DNA of 64,000 nt from an uncultured Spirochaetota bacterium (lineage in GTDB: Bacteria > Spirochaetota > Spirochaetia > SZUA-6 > Fen-1364), in the NCBI GenBank assembly GCA_963820525.1, contig CAWGAA010000003.1, positions 512,001 to 576,000 of the forward strand. The letters are read 5' to 3'. This document shows, one piece after another, positions 10,600 through 19,877 of the stretch; the first letter of the stretch is position 1, and every line of letters begins with the position of its first letter. The position numbers and the translations under genes are program-made. The notes under the pieces were generated by a model. That model ran no database searches. It was not told the origin of the DNA and saw only the letters and a list, made by a program, of their open reading frames with translations.

Positions 10600-11106
10600 T
10601 CAGGTGAGTTTCAATTCCACTTTCTGGCCGAATGGAAGCGCGCACAGTCGCGCCAAGGCGTCGGAGAACTCGGGCAGAATGAAGCTATTCGCCATGCGTG
10701 AGGAGCTGCCGATATTGCCGCAGCATGCGGAGGCGGAACCATGCACAAGCTTGCCGTCGTTGCCGAGCTCTTTATCGAAGGCGGTGACGAAATCCGAGCG
10801 TATTCCCGCAGAATCCACGGAGTACGGCGCCGTTCCAAAGGTGACGACGATGAGACCGGATACCATGCAGTCGGTGATGCCTCCGAATCTATTCGCCAGG
10901 TCGGAGGTCTGCCCCATGCGTGCCGATATCTGTCCGGGTGTCTCTCCGCGCACCATTGCGAGCACGTATCCAATATCGGCGTTGCGTAATCGGGAGAGAT
11001 CGGTTACCGATTTGTTATCTGAAATCAGATCATCGATCTGGGGCAGCGATAGAAAGCGGGAGAATATGCGTCGTATCCTGCGGCGATCCAGGAAATTCCG
11101 AATCAT
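10600..11106 (-). CDS. Hypothetical protein resembling a degenerate class III nucleotidyl cyclase domain
   Basis: SD GGAGG before ATG; IRRIFSRFLS linker, FGGITD..LIVVTFG.P and GNIGSSSRM echo adenylate cyclase motifs. Confidence 0.55.
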   Translation of the reverse strand: MIRNFLDRRRIRRIFSRFLSLPQIDDLISDNKSVTDLSRLRNADIGYVLAMVRGETPGQISARMGQTSDLANRFGGITDCMVSGLIVVTFGTAPYSVDSAGIRSDFVTAFDKELGNDGKLVHGSASACCGNIGSSSRMANSFILPEFSDALARLCALPFGQKVELKLT

Positions 11107-11218
11107 TCCTTACCTCCCGGGGACACGCGCGAAAGGGCGCTTCGCCGCCCCGAGTGAAAAGCCCGACTTTCTCTGGAATTTCCTGCGGCGACAAGGCTCT
11201 GCCGCCCAAACCCGGCTC

Positions 11219-11485
11219 CTATTGATTGGCTTTTATGATTCTTTCGAGTTTGTCATGCAGATCGCTATACCCCTTATGGAGATTGGCATCTTCTGTGCTC
11301 TTGACTTCTCCTTCGAGGCTTTCCAGGAGCGTATTCATTTTTTCCAGGGGCAATTTCACAAGAAAGGCATTGCCATACATCACCGTAACATTCAGTTTTC
11401 GTTCCAACTCTTTATCAAGAGCTTGTATGTTCAGGATCAGCTCTCTTTCGCTTCGCGTCAACTCGATCGGGATGAGCTTTTCCAT
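11219..11485 (-). CDS. Small hypothetical protein (88 aa)
   Basis: SD-like AAGG upstream; natural amino acid composition; AT-richer codons. Confidence 0.6.
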   Translation of the reverse strand: MEKLIPIELTRSERELILNIQALDKELERKLNVTVMYGNAFLVKLPLEKMNTLLESLEGEVKSTEDANLHKGYSDLHDKLERIIKANQ

Positions 11486-11533
11486 ACCTTAGATAATATC
11501 CGTTTCTGCGAAATCCATCAAGCGGGGCTTTCC

Positions 11534-12016
11534 TCAAGCGTTTCCTGGCTCTTCGCCTCTGGCAATCCTGCGAGCGCGGTATTCCTGGTAATCGGGAACA
11601 AGACGATCATATTCTCCATCCATGAGGGGAGAGGAGATCATGAAATCGGCGGAAGCCCTGTTGCAGGCAATCGGAATATTCCACACCACCGCCATTCGCA
11701 GGAGTGCCTTGACATCGGGATCGTGGGGCTGCGGCTCGAGCGGATCCCAAAAAAAGATCAGAAAATCGATCTCGTCATCGACGATCCTGGCGCCGATTTG
11801 CTGATCGCCTCCCAAGGGTCCGCTTTGAAGCTTCGTGATTTTAAAGCCCAGTTCGCGTTCCAGAATCACTCCCGTGGTGCCTGTCGCATACACCTTGTGA
11901 TGTGCCAGGAGATCGCGGTTGAATTTGGCCCATTCGACGAGGTCCGCTTTTTTATTGTCGTGGGCTACCAGTGCGATTTTTTTGTCATGCTCCATGGCGA
12001 TTTTATTGTAATTCAT
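11534..12016 (-). CDS. mgsA: Methylglyoxal synthase
   Basis: [47 protein letters not shown]; start reassigned to ATG 12016. Confidence 0.95.
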   Translation of the reverse strand: MNYNKIAMEHDKKIALVAHDNKKADLVEWAKFNRDLLAHHKVYATGTTGVILERELGFKITKLQSGPLGGDQQIGARIVDDEIDFLIFFWDPLEPQPHDPDVKALLRMAVVWNIPIACNRASADFMISSPLMDGEYDRLVPDYQEYRARRIARGEEPGNA

Positions 12017-12237
12017 ATGATGCCTTTCAGTCCTTTTTCCGGTGTGGCGAAACGATTCCTCTCCGGGTGATCGCACGGCCCTCCCCAAAAGGCGATGATC
12101 CGCGACAGAGTCTGAGAGGCTGCGCGCGCCGAGGTGAAGTTTAGTGCAGAGGCGGCCCCCCGACAAGGGCGAAGCCCGCTCATCACGCCGCGGATCGGCA
12201 CAACGAGCGCCCTTTTTGCCGCGATCCGGCGATGCCC

Positions 12238-12266
12238 TTGACACGTCGATGAAAATAGGCTACTTT
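12238..12266 (+). promoter_or_regulatory. Sigma70-type promoter for the recombinase cluster
   Basis: TTGACA (12238-12243), 17 bp spacer, TACTTT (12261-12266). Confidence 0.6.
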
Positions 12267-12307
12267 AATGTTAATTAATGGATTATAGAATCGACGGGGA
12301 GAAGATC

Positions 12308-13273
12308 ATGGAGAAGAAGATAGAGATCGCGGAGGCGAGGCGAAAGCTTAACCCGGCCCTTGTCTATGCGTCCCGATTGACCAAGACGGGGAAGCCCGCG
12401 GTCGAAAACATGCTGCGGATCGCGGCCAGGTGGATCGCGGAAGCCGAGGGTCTTCCGACATCGGCCATCGAGGCCGGTCTCTGGCAGCGGATGACGCTCG
12501 AGCACATGAAGGCGATCCGGGCAAGGGCACTCGAGACGGGCTACTCTCCGGCGTCCGTCAACCTCATGCTCTCGGCCATCCGGGGTACCGTGCGGGCCGC
12601 ATGGCGCATGGGGCTGATGAGGGCGGAGGAGCTCATACGCATAACAGAGGTGCCGAACGTCAAGGCCAAGAGCCAGCCATCGGGAAGGAAGATCACCGCG
12701 CGCGAGCTGTCCGCACTCATAGAGAGAATCGACACGGTCACTGCATCGGGAAAACGCGACGCGGCGGTGATCAGCCTGGCCTATTGCGCGGGGATGAGGC
12801 GGCGAGAGATCGCTTCGCTCGGCATGGAGAATATCCGCGAAACGGCAAAAGCGATCGAGGTCCGCGTACCGTCGCGGAGCGGGAAAAAGGCCCGAACATC
12901 GTATCTCGACAATGGCGGGGCCGATGCGCTGTGGGATTACCTGGAGTCACGGGGGAGGAATCCGGGAGCGCTCTTCGTAACGTCACGGAAGAGCGGAGCG
13001 CTCCTTGACGAGGCACTCGGGGAACACGCCGTCTATGAAGTCATCAAACGATGCGGAGAGCGGGCCGGCGTTGAGCTCACGCCGCATGACTTTCGAAGGA
13101 CCTTCGTCTCCCATCTCCTCGACCAGGGAGCGGATCTCACGGTGGTGGCGGGAATGGCCGGACACAGCAGCGTACAGACGACGGCACGCTATGACAGCCG
13201 GGGTGAGGGAGTGAAGAAGGCGGCGGCGAGGCTTCCGCAATTGCCCTATCGCAGGAAGCGGAGGAGCTCGTGA
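12308..13273 (+). CDS. Tyrosine recombinase/integrase with intact catalytic set
   Basis: GMRRREI (R), SGKK (K), HDFRR (HxxR), AGHSS (H), TARYD (Y); N-terminal core-binding helices; alternative start 12278. Confidence 0.9.
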   Translation: MEKKIEIAEARRKLNPALVYASRLTKTGKPAVENMLRIAARWIAEAEGLPTSAIEAGLWQRMTLEHMKAIRARALETGYSPASVNLMLSAIRGTVRAAWRMGLMRAEELIRITEVPNVKAKSQPSGRKITARELSALIERIDTVTASGKRDAAVISLAYCAGMRRREIASLGMENIRETAKAIEVRVPSRSGKKARTSYLDNGGADALWDYLESRGRNPGALFVTSRKSGALLDEALGEHAVYEVIKRCGERAGVELTPHDFRRTFVSHLLDQGADLTVVAGMAGHSSVQTTARYDSRGEGVKKAAARLPQLPYRRKRRSS

Positions 13274-13515
13274 GGGCCGCGGAGAGCAGTCTGAAAGCGC
13301 ACACGCCGTGCATGGGCACTCATGTTTTCGACTGGGGGGAAAAATCGCTGGAGAAGGGGCCGCCCGAGGGGCTGAACTGCGCGTGCGGGATGTTCGAGTT
13401 CCACTACACGACCTGTGAATGCGGGTGCGGCCGGAGAATCATGTCGTTGCGTTTCAACAAGAGAGGATCCCGACATCCTCTGCCGCTCGAAGTCGAAGCC
13501 GCGGTCCTGAGATAG
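13270..13515 (+). CDS. Small Cys-rich hypothetical protein (possible Zn-binding)
   Basis: GTGA overlap with the recombinase stop; SD GGAGG; C..H, CACG and CECGCG motifs. Confidence 0.5.
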   Translation: MRAAESSLKAHTPCMGTHVFDWGEKSLEKGPPEGLNCACGMFEFHYTTCECGCGRRIMSLRFNKRGSRHPLPLEVEAAVLR

Positions 13516-13530
13516 GAAGGGAGCAGATGC

Positions 13531-14454
13531 ATGGGTGAAATATCGAAACGATCCGGTAGGCCTCGGCCAGGCAGCTCGAGCCCCGTCCTGGTTTATCTGG
13601 CGGGCCTAGAGGAGAATGGCCGGCCTCTGATGCGGCGGGCTCTCAATGGCGTTGCGCGGCGTCTTGGTTATAGAAGCGCGCGAGCTGCCCCATGGACCGA
13701 GCTGCGGGCCGAGCATGTCGCGGCGCTGCGGACGTGGCTCTCTGATTCTTTCAAACCGGCGAGGGTAAACCGCTGCCTGTCGGCGATCAAGGGAACCATG
13801 AAGATAGCCTGGCAGCTCGGGCAGATCGATGGAGGGAGGCTTGTTGAAATTCTCAAGCTGAAAGCGGTGAGGAGAGGTTCTCATCCATACGGGAGATCCC
13901 TATCCGCTCATGAGATTCATGCCCTCATGGAGGCCTGCGCCGACGGGACATTCACGGGCAAGCGGGACCTGGCAGTCATCACTCTGGCGTACTGCGGAGG
14001 TCTCAGGAGGGCGGAGATGGCCGCGCTGAACGTCGACGATGTGAAAGCCGAGGCGGAGGCCTTCGTGATTCGGGTTCTCAGCAGAGGGCAACGAGAGTTT
14101 CTGGTTTCCATCGACGACGGCGGTGCCGAAGCCATTCGAGACTTCCTGACCGGGCGCGGGGAAGCGCCTGGCCCTCTGTTTTGCAGGGACAGGGAGAGCA
14201 AACCGTGTGAGCGCCTCACGGCCGATGGGCTTTTTGCGGTGCTCAGGGAGCGGGCACAGGCGGCAGGAGTAGAGGGCATGAGCCCCCACGACATGCGGCG
14301 CACGTTCGTCTCTGACAAGCTCGCAGCCAGCGTCGATGTTCTCACCGTTTCGGCCCTCACGGGACGCGGCGATCCGAATCATGGCGGCGGCGCCCCACGG
14401 AAGGCCGTAAAGAATCCGTCTCTTCCACTGGGGGCATGCCACGCCGCGCCATGA
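13531..14454 (+). CDS. Second tyrosine-recombinase paralog lacking the catalytic His/Tyr segment
   Basis: GLRRAEM and HDMRRTF present; GH..TxxY replaced by GRGDPNH; ORF is uninterrupted. Confidence 0.8.
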   Translation: MGEISKRSGRPRPGSSSPVLVYLAGLEENGRPLMRRALNGVARRLGYRSARAAPWTELRAEHVAALRTWLSDSFKPARVNRCLSAIKGTMKIAWQLGQIDGGRLVEILKLKAVRRGSHPYGRSLSAHEIHALMEACADGTFTGKRDLAVITLAYCGGLRRAEMAALNVDDVKAEAEAFVIRVLSRGQREFLVSIDDGGAEAIRDFLTGRGEAPGPLFCRDRESKPCERLTADGLFAVLRERAQAAGVEGMSPHDMRRTFVSDKLAASVDVLTVSALTGRGDPNHGGGAPRKAVKNPSLPLGACHAAP

Positions 14455-14478
14455 GCTTGCCGGCCAGGGCAAAGGAGC

Positions 14479-14778
14479 ATGCTGAAAATGGATGCGATCG
14501 AATTGGGCAAAAAAAGAGCGGAAGAGTTCATAACGGAGCAAATGCGGAGCCTCGACCGTGACAGTGGACTGTACTCTCTTCTTTGGTGGACGCCGGATCC
14601 GCTCGACCCGGATCGTGAAAGTACGCATGCGCAGATGACAGTGCCTCTGCGATTATACAAGGGAAACAGCTGGAGACTTGTCAAGTTTTTCAAATCGGAT
14701 CTTGACGACTGCGCTAAATCTCCGGAATTGCTTCAGAAATACGAAGAAGAAATAAGACAAGCTCTCATGGATCTCTAG
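14479..14778 (+). CDS. Hypothetical protein (99 aa)
   Basis: SD AAGGAG upstream; AT-richer coding; co-oriented with the recombinases. Confidence 0.65.
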   Translation: MLKMDAIELGKKRAEEFITEQMRSLDRDSGLYSLLWWTPDPLDPDRESTHAQMTVPLRLYKGNSWRLVKFFKSDLDDCAKSPELLQKYEEEIRQALMDL

Positions 14779-14794
14779 AAACGCTCACCGCCCC

Positions 14795-17700
14795 CTAGCG
14801 ATGCGAGAGCGGTATTTGAGCGAAGGCTTCGGGAGGCGCGGTCCCCAGGGAATCGGCAGCCACCGGCTGGAAGCGGGAAAGGATCTGGGCCTGGGATGGC
14901 TCGCCGCTCCAGGCCAGATCTACTATCCGCGTGGCGTTAGATCCCGGAAGCGCTCCACCCAACCGCCACTGTTCGGCGGCCTGCTTCACGTCACGAACCC
15001 TTCGAACCCCCGGGGACGGAAAGCCATCCTGACTCAACACCATGGCCGCGTAGCCCCACTGCGCGGGGGTGCCGCGTCCGGCGAAGAGTTTCTTCGGCAG
15101 GCTGATGACGACAATCCCCTTGGGAGCGTCCACCGTGGCTTTCGCCGGGCTTCCCGGCGCTTCCGAGGGCTTTCCCGATGCGTCCACCACGAACAGCTTC
15201 TGACTCCAGCCCTCCACCCAGACCGCGTAGTCCCAACCGTTCCCCTGCTCGAGGGCGGCATTGCGGCCTTCCAGGAGCATTCGCGACCCCGTGGCCTTGC
15301 CGGGGTCCGTATCGATGTAGATATCGAATGTCTGAATCGAGAGCCCGATCGCGGAGCCCCAGGGATTGTCGATGGGGGTCCGCATCGTGAAGGAGAAAAC
15401 AAGGTCGCGCTCCGTCTCGGCCGCCGTGAAACTCAGGATATCGAAGACGCCGGGCTTGAAGACGGGATCGAGGGGATACGTGTACGTGCCGGGACCGTTG
15501 TCGTCTCCCTGCGGATCCTCGACGGTCAAAAAAGGCTCGGCCTGGGCGGCAAGGGGCAGCACCACCCTCAGAGGACCGGACTCCGGCAGAAGCTGGGCAT
15601 CCCTTGTCCCCACGGAATAGGCGGCACGCGCGCGGACGGCGGAGCCCGGGGGAACCTCGCCTAAAAGATCGAGCGGCACCGCGCATTCCACGATCTTTCC
15701 GTCCACGGCCACGCTCTTCAGGTCCTTCAACCGCGCCCACTCCTGGTAGCGGCCCCGGCCGAATACGGAAAGCTGCCAGCTCCCCCCGGCTCCTGAAATC
15801 TCGATATACGCGGTGCTTCCGAAGCCAAGGACGGAAGAGTTCACCGTGAAAGGGCTCGAAGGCGCGCCGGGATCCCATTGCAGATAGACGCGCACCGCGC
15901 GCCCGGGAGCCGGGCTCAATGGCTCTTTCGCGTCGAGGCGGACGTACAGAAAGCTTCCATCGATTCCGAGATAAAGCGTCTGCAGAGCGTCGCCGCCGCG
16001 CGCCATCGCTCCACCGCGAAGCTCATAACGGGCCGCCTTGTCCCATTCGCCCACGGAAGCCTCCCCGTCTATGACGGGAGTGACGGCGGAATCGAGCGGC
16101 TTGGCCGCGGGGGCAGGCGAAAGCGGAATAATGGGCGCGCGGAGGAAATCCGGCGGCGCCCGCCCCAGAGCGGTGTAGACATTCGCCAAAAGCCACCTGA
16201 AAGAATCGTCGAAGTACGAATCGTTTCCCGAATCCTGGTCGTCACCGAACCACCAGAACCAGTCCGAGCCTTCGGCAAGGTACATGAAGTCGAGCGCGCG
16301 CTGGAGGCTTTTGGGGTCTGCTTTTTTTCTCTTGTACAGGTCGTATTCCGCCAGGTCCTTGCGCACCCGAGCCAGGTAGTTCCACGCCGTATTCTCCTCC
16401 GGCTCACCGATCCAGGTGGAGTAGTCCGGCGAAAACCATGCCCCCCACCAGAGGCTGTCCAGTCGTCGCTGCTCTGGGTACATCAAGAGATACTCGGAAA
16501 CCGTGATCGTGCGGACCGTCTCGCTTTCGGCCAGCCTGCGATACAAAGCGTCGAGGAACTCCTTGCCGTCGTTATCGTAGTTCTCCCAGGCGTTCTCTCC
16601 GTCCAGGATAATGCTCACAAGATGCGGCCCCTCTTTGCCGCCTGCGGAAAGCCTGGCACGGATATTCTCGAGCCTTCTCATGAAGTCGGCGGCCGCCTCT
16701 TCTCCCGGCGTGCCTGAGTATTCGAAGGCGATCAGGTCCGACAGCCTCTGGTCCCGGAATACCATGGCCACCGATGAGCCGTCACGGGAGTGAACGACGT
16801 ACGGACGGTAGAGGGCATCCGCCTCGTTCACGGTATCTGAAGCATCCCGGGTGAAGTCCCCGATGCCCAGCGATCTGGCGAGCACCTGCTCGCCGGAGGC
16901 CATCCAGTGGAAACCGGCATCGGCGACCATCTTCACGATCTCAGGGGCAACGGCGCCCTCAGCCGGCCAGAGGCCTGACGGCTTTCGTGAAAACCTGGCC
17001 TGGTACTCCGTGACGCTCCTGGCAAGCTGCCCCACCGCGTCGTTGGCGAATGAGTACCAATCCGGGAGGGCCGTGGTCGGGTCTCCCTTGGCTGCGAGTG
17101 AAGTGCTGTACAGAAGCGGCAGGATGGGATGCGCGTAGGGGGTGGTGATGACCTCGATCTGCCCCCTGTCCTGGAGCCTCTTGTGGATGGACACGATCTT
17201 CCTGATTACCTTCAACCCCTCAGCGAAGACGATGGCCTTGTCCGCCTCGGCGAAGCCCCTCCCCTTCTCCACCAGCGCGGCGAGGGGCTGTGCGGCCAGA
17301 GCATCGGGATCGAACCAGGCCAGGTTGAACCATACCTGGAGGTCGCGAATATCCTCGGTGGAAAACGAGGCGCGGGCGGCATCGATGGATCCCGCGGCCC
17401 CCGCCTTTGCCAGAAGCTCCGCATAGCGGGGGAAGCGCGAGATGACGTGGGCATGGTTGGCGTCGAAGAACCGCTCGAGGATGAACCGCTTCTCCACGGG
17501 CGTAAGGCGGTCCGCACGCTTTTCAGCCAGCTCCTGGTAGCGATCCTTGGCGCCCGAGGCGAAGTCATCGAGCTGGCGCAGCAGCACGGGGGTCAGGTTG
17601 ATGGTGGCGTGCACGGCTGGATAGCGCTCCAGCGTGGCCGCCATGTCGTAGTAGTCCTTGGTGGCGTGCACGCGCACCCACGGCCTGCTGTAGACGCCGC

Positions 17701-17857
17701 TCGGATCCCGGCTGTAGTAGGGCTGGTGCTGGTGCCAGATCAGGTTGACGTAGAGGATGTCGCCGGTCCTGGCTGCCTCACGATCGTCCGCGATGAGCGA
17801 GGCCGCGGCAAAACAAAACGCCAGAGCGAGAAACGCCCGAAAGGGGGCGGAGCGCAC
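14795..17857 (-). CDS. Secreted GH57 amylopullulanase with C-terminal glucodextranase/DOMON-like domain
   Basis: Signal peptide; WHQHQP, HPILPL, GLWPAEGA, ILDGENAW, AEGSDWFWW; DP.GDDNGPGTYTYP. Confidence 0.9.
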   Translation of the reverse strand: MRSAPFRAFLALAFCFAAASLIADDREAARTGDILYVNLIWHQHQPYYSRDPSGVYSRPWVRVHATKDYYDMAATLERYPAVHATINLTPVLLRQLDDFASGAKDRYQELAEKRADRLTPVEKRFILERFFDANHAHVISRFPRYAELLAKAGAAGSIDAARASFSTEDIRDLQVWFNLAWFDPDALAAQPLAALVEKGRGFAEADKAIVFAEGLKVIRKIVSIHKRLQDRGQIEVITTPYAHPILPLLYSTSLAAKGDPTTALPDWYSFANDAVGQLARSVTEYQARFSRKPSGLWPAEGAVAPEIVKMVADAGFHWMASGEQVLARSLGIGDFTRDASDTVNEADALYRPYVVHSRDGSSVAMVFRDQRLSDLIAFEYSGTPGEEAAADFMRRLENIRARLSAGGKEGPHLVSIILDGENAWENYDNDGKEFLDALYRRLAESETVRTITVSEYLLMYPEQRRLDSLWWGAWFSPDYSTWIGEPEENTAWNYLARVRKDLAEYDLYKRKKADPKSLQRALDFMYLAEGSDWFWWFGDDQDSGNDSYFDDSFRWLLANVYTALGRAPPDFLRAPIIPLSPAPAAKPLDSAVTPVIDGEASVGEWDKAARYELRGGAMARGGDALQTLYLGIDGSFLYVRLDAKEPLSPAPGRAVRVYLQWDPGAPSSPFTVNSSVLGFGSTAYIEISGAGGSWQLSVFGRGRYQEWARLKDLKSVAVDGKIVECAVPLDLLGEVPPGSAVRARAAYSVGTRDAQLLPESGPLRVVLPLAAQAEPFLTVEDPQGDDNGPGTYTYPLDPVFKPGVFDILSFTAAETERDLVFSFTMRTPIDNPWGSAIGLSIQTFDIYIDTDPGKATGSRMLLEGRNAALEQGNGWDYAVWVEGWSQKLFVVDASGKPSEAPGSPAKATVDAPKGIVVISLPKKLFAGRGTPAQWGYAAMVLSQDGFPSPGVRRVRDVKQAAEQWRLGGALPGSNATRIVDLAWSGEPSQAQILSRFQPVAADSLGTAPPEAFAQIPLSHR

Positions 17858-17861
17858 GACT

Positions 17862-18734
17862 CTACTCCTTGACGGATCCGAGGGTAAGCCCCGAGATCAG
17901 CCACTTGGAAGAGTAGAAGAACAGGGCCATGACAGGGATGGAGATCATGATGGCCGCGGCCGAGAACTCCGCCCACTGCGTTTGAAACTGGCCCTGCATT
18001 TGTCGAAGCCCCAGCGTCCAGGTGAGCATCTCCTTTTTCTGGAGCATGATCCTGGCCAGCAGGAACTCGTTCCATGCGCTGGTGAAATTGAAGAGGAAGG
18101 CGATGGCGAGCGAAGGAGCGGAGAGCGGAAGGATGATTCTGTAGAAGGAGCCCATCCGGGAAGCGCCGTCTATCATGGCGGACTGCTCCAGCTCTATGGG
18201 GATGGTGTCGTAGTACCCCTTGAGGATCCAGATGCTGAAGGGGATGGAGCTCACGCTGTACGCGATCACCAGCCCCCGCCACGTGTTGATCAGCCCGAAG
18301 CGGGCGGCCAGGATGTAGAGGGGAATCATGAGCATGGGCGCGGGGATCATCTGGGTGGCAAGGAGCGCGAGCAACCCCATGTTTCGTCCCGGGAAATTCC
18401 ACCGCGAGAAGCCATACGCCGAGGTTGAGGCGACGATCACCCCGATGGCGGAAGTGGTGATGGTGATGAAGAAGCTGTTCCAGATCCACAAAAGAAAATC
18501 CTTGTCCCGGACCACGGTGATGTAGCTCTGGAAGTTCGCTCCCTGGGGCACGAACGAAAGGTCCGTGGACAGGACCCTGTTGCCGGGGCGGATGGAAACG
18601 CTGAAGACGCGCAGCGCGGGATAGATCGATATGATGCAGGCGAAGATGAGCACGATATGGATCACCAGCCGCTTGGCGGGGCTGTCCCCCACGGAGCGGT
18701 GGAAGAATCTGTAGATGAACCTTTTCTTGCTCAT
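17862..18734 (-). CDS. malG: Maltodextrin ABC transporter permease (MalG-like)
   Basis: TM helices; EAA-like loop ELEQSAMIDGAS; context. Confidence 0.85.
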   Translation of the reverse strand: MSKKRFIYRFFHRSVGDSPAKRLVIHIVLIFACIISIYPALRVFSVSIRPGNRVLSTDLSFVPQGANFQSYITVVRDKDFLLWIWNSFFITITTSAIGVIVASTSAYGFSRWNFPGRNMGLLALLATQMIPAPMLMIPLYILAARFGLINTWRGLVIAYSVSSIPFSIWILKGYYDTIPIELEQSAMIDGASRMGSFYRIILPLSAPSLAIAFLFNFTSAWNEFLLARIMLQKKEMLTWTLGLRQMQGQFQTQWAEFSAAAIMISIPVMALFFYSSKWLISGLTLGSVKE

Positions 18735-19798
18735 GCCTTCTCTCCCACGGTAAGCGTCTCCTTGGCCTTGCGCGAGGCGAGAGCGCTCGGGCTGAAAGAG
18801 ACGACGCGCATGTACGCGATCGTGATGCCCAGGAGAATGAGAAATATCACCAGGGCGAACATGGCGGAGAATCCATAGCGGTTGAAGTCGAACGCTGCCC
18901 GGAAGAGGGCCGTCACCAGGATGTCCGAGGTTTCAAGGTTGTTCTCATTGATGAAGTAGGGCACGTTGAAATTGTTGAAGGTCCAGATCACGCCCAGCAC
19001 CACAGCCGGGGTGAGGATGGGCTGGATGAGGGGCAGGGTGATGGAACGCAGCTTCCTCATTCCGCTGGCCCCGTCCATGTCGGCCGCCTCGAAGTAGCTC
19101 CTGCTCAGGCTCTGAAGGCCTCCGAGCAGGATCACCGCCATGAAGGGAATGCCCAGCCAGATGTTCGTGATGTTCATGGCGACGAAGTTCCAGAATGGGT
19201 TGGATTTCCACTGGATGGCTTGAAGGCCGAGACGCGTCAACATGACATTCGGGAAACCATATTCGAAGTTGAACTCCCCGCGCCATGCCAGGGAAGCCAC
19301 GACCTGCGGCAGGGCCCACGGCACAACGAGAAGCGTCCTGTAAAGCCCCCGGAGCTTCATGGGACGGTTGAGCAATATGGCCAGGAAGAGCCCCAACCCG
19401 ACGTGGAAGCTGACCTGGATGGCAGTCCATAGGGCGGTGCGAAGGAACACCGGGAAGAAGAACTGCTGCTTGAGCACCGGCGCGGTGAAAACGCTTTTCA
19501 GATTTTCCCACCCGTTGGCCAGAGTGTAGGCGGGGTTTCTGAACCTGAGGAGGTTCATGTTGCTGAACGAGAGTCCAACCTCGAAAGCGATGGGGTACAC
19601 GTTGAGCAGGATCAGGCCGATGACGCCGGGAGCGATGAGCATGAACGGTATGGCGTAGCGGTAGTGGAGGACCTTCTTCAGCACGATGAAGAGGAGAACC
19701 TCGATGACGACCACCGCCGCCGCGATGGCGGCCAGGATGCCGCCCACCTGCCCGAGGCTGGCCAGCATGACCGCCGGAGTGAGGGACTTCATGGGCAT
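18731..19798 (-). CDS. malF: Maltodextrin ABC transporter permease (MalF-like)
   Basis: EAA motif YFEAADMDGAS; TM helices; SD GGAGG. Confidence 0.85.
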   Translation of the reverse strand: MPMKSLTPAVMLASLGQVGGILAAIAAAVVVIEVLLFIVLKKVLHYRYAIPFMLIAPGVIGLILLNVYPIAFEVGLSFSNMNLLRFRNPAYTLANGWENLKSVFTAPVLKQQFFFPVFLRTALWTAIQVSFHVGLGLFLAILLNRPMKLRGLYRTLLVVPWALPQVVASLAWRGEFNFEYGFPNVMLTRLGLQAIQWKSNPFWNFVAMNITNIWLGIPFMAVILLGGLQSLSRSYFEAADMDGASGMRKLRSITLPLIQPILTPAVVLGVIWTFNNFNVPYFINENNLETSDILVTALFRAAFDFNRYGFSAMFALVIFLILLGITIAYMRVVSFSPSALASRKAKETLTVGEKA

Positions 19799-19817
19799 GA
19801 CCTCCCTGCAATGAAAG

Positions 19818-19852
19818 GATGGGCTTCGGGAGAGTATACCACGAAGCCCATC
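19818..19852. repeat. Perfect 11-bp inverted repeat between malE and malF (mRNA stabiliser or partial terminator)
   Basis: GATGGGCTTCG - 13 nt - CGAAGCCCATC. Confidence 0.7.
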
Positions 19853-19877
19853 ACATGCGTCAGAATCGAGCGAGCCG

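Noticed and set aside
12249..12280. TAATGTTAATT resembling the XerD arm of a dif site upstream of the recombinase
   Set aside because: No matching XerC-like arm at 6-8 bp spacing; explained by the AT-rich promoter
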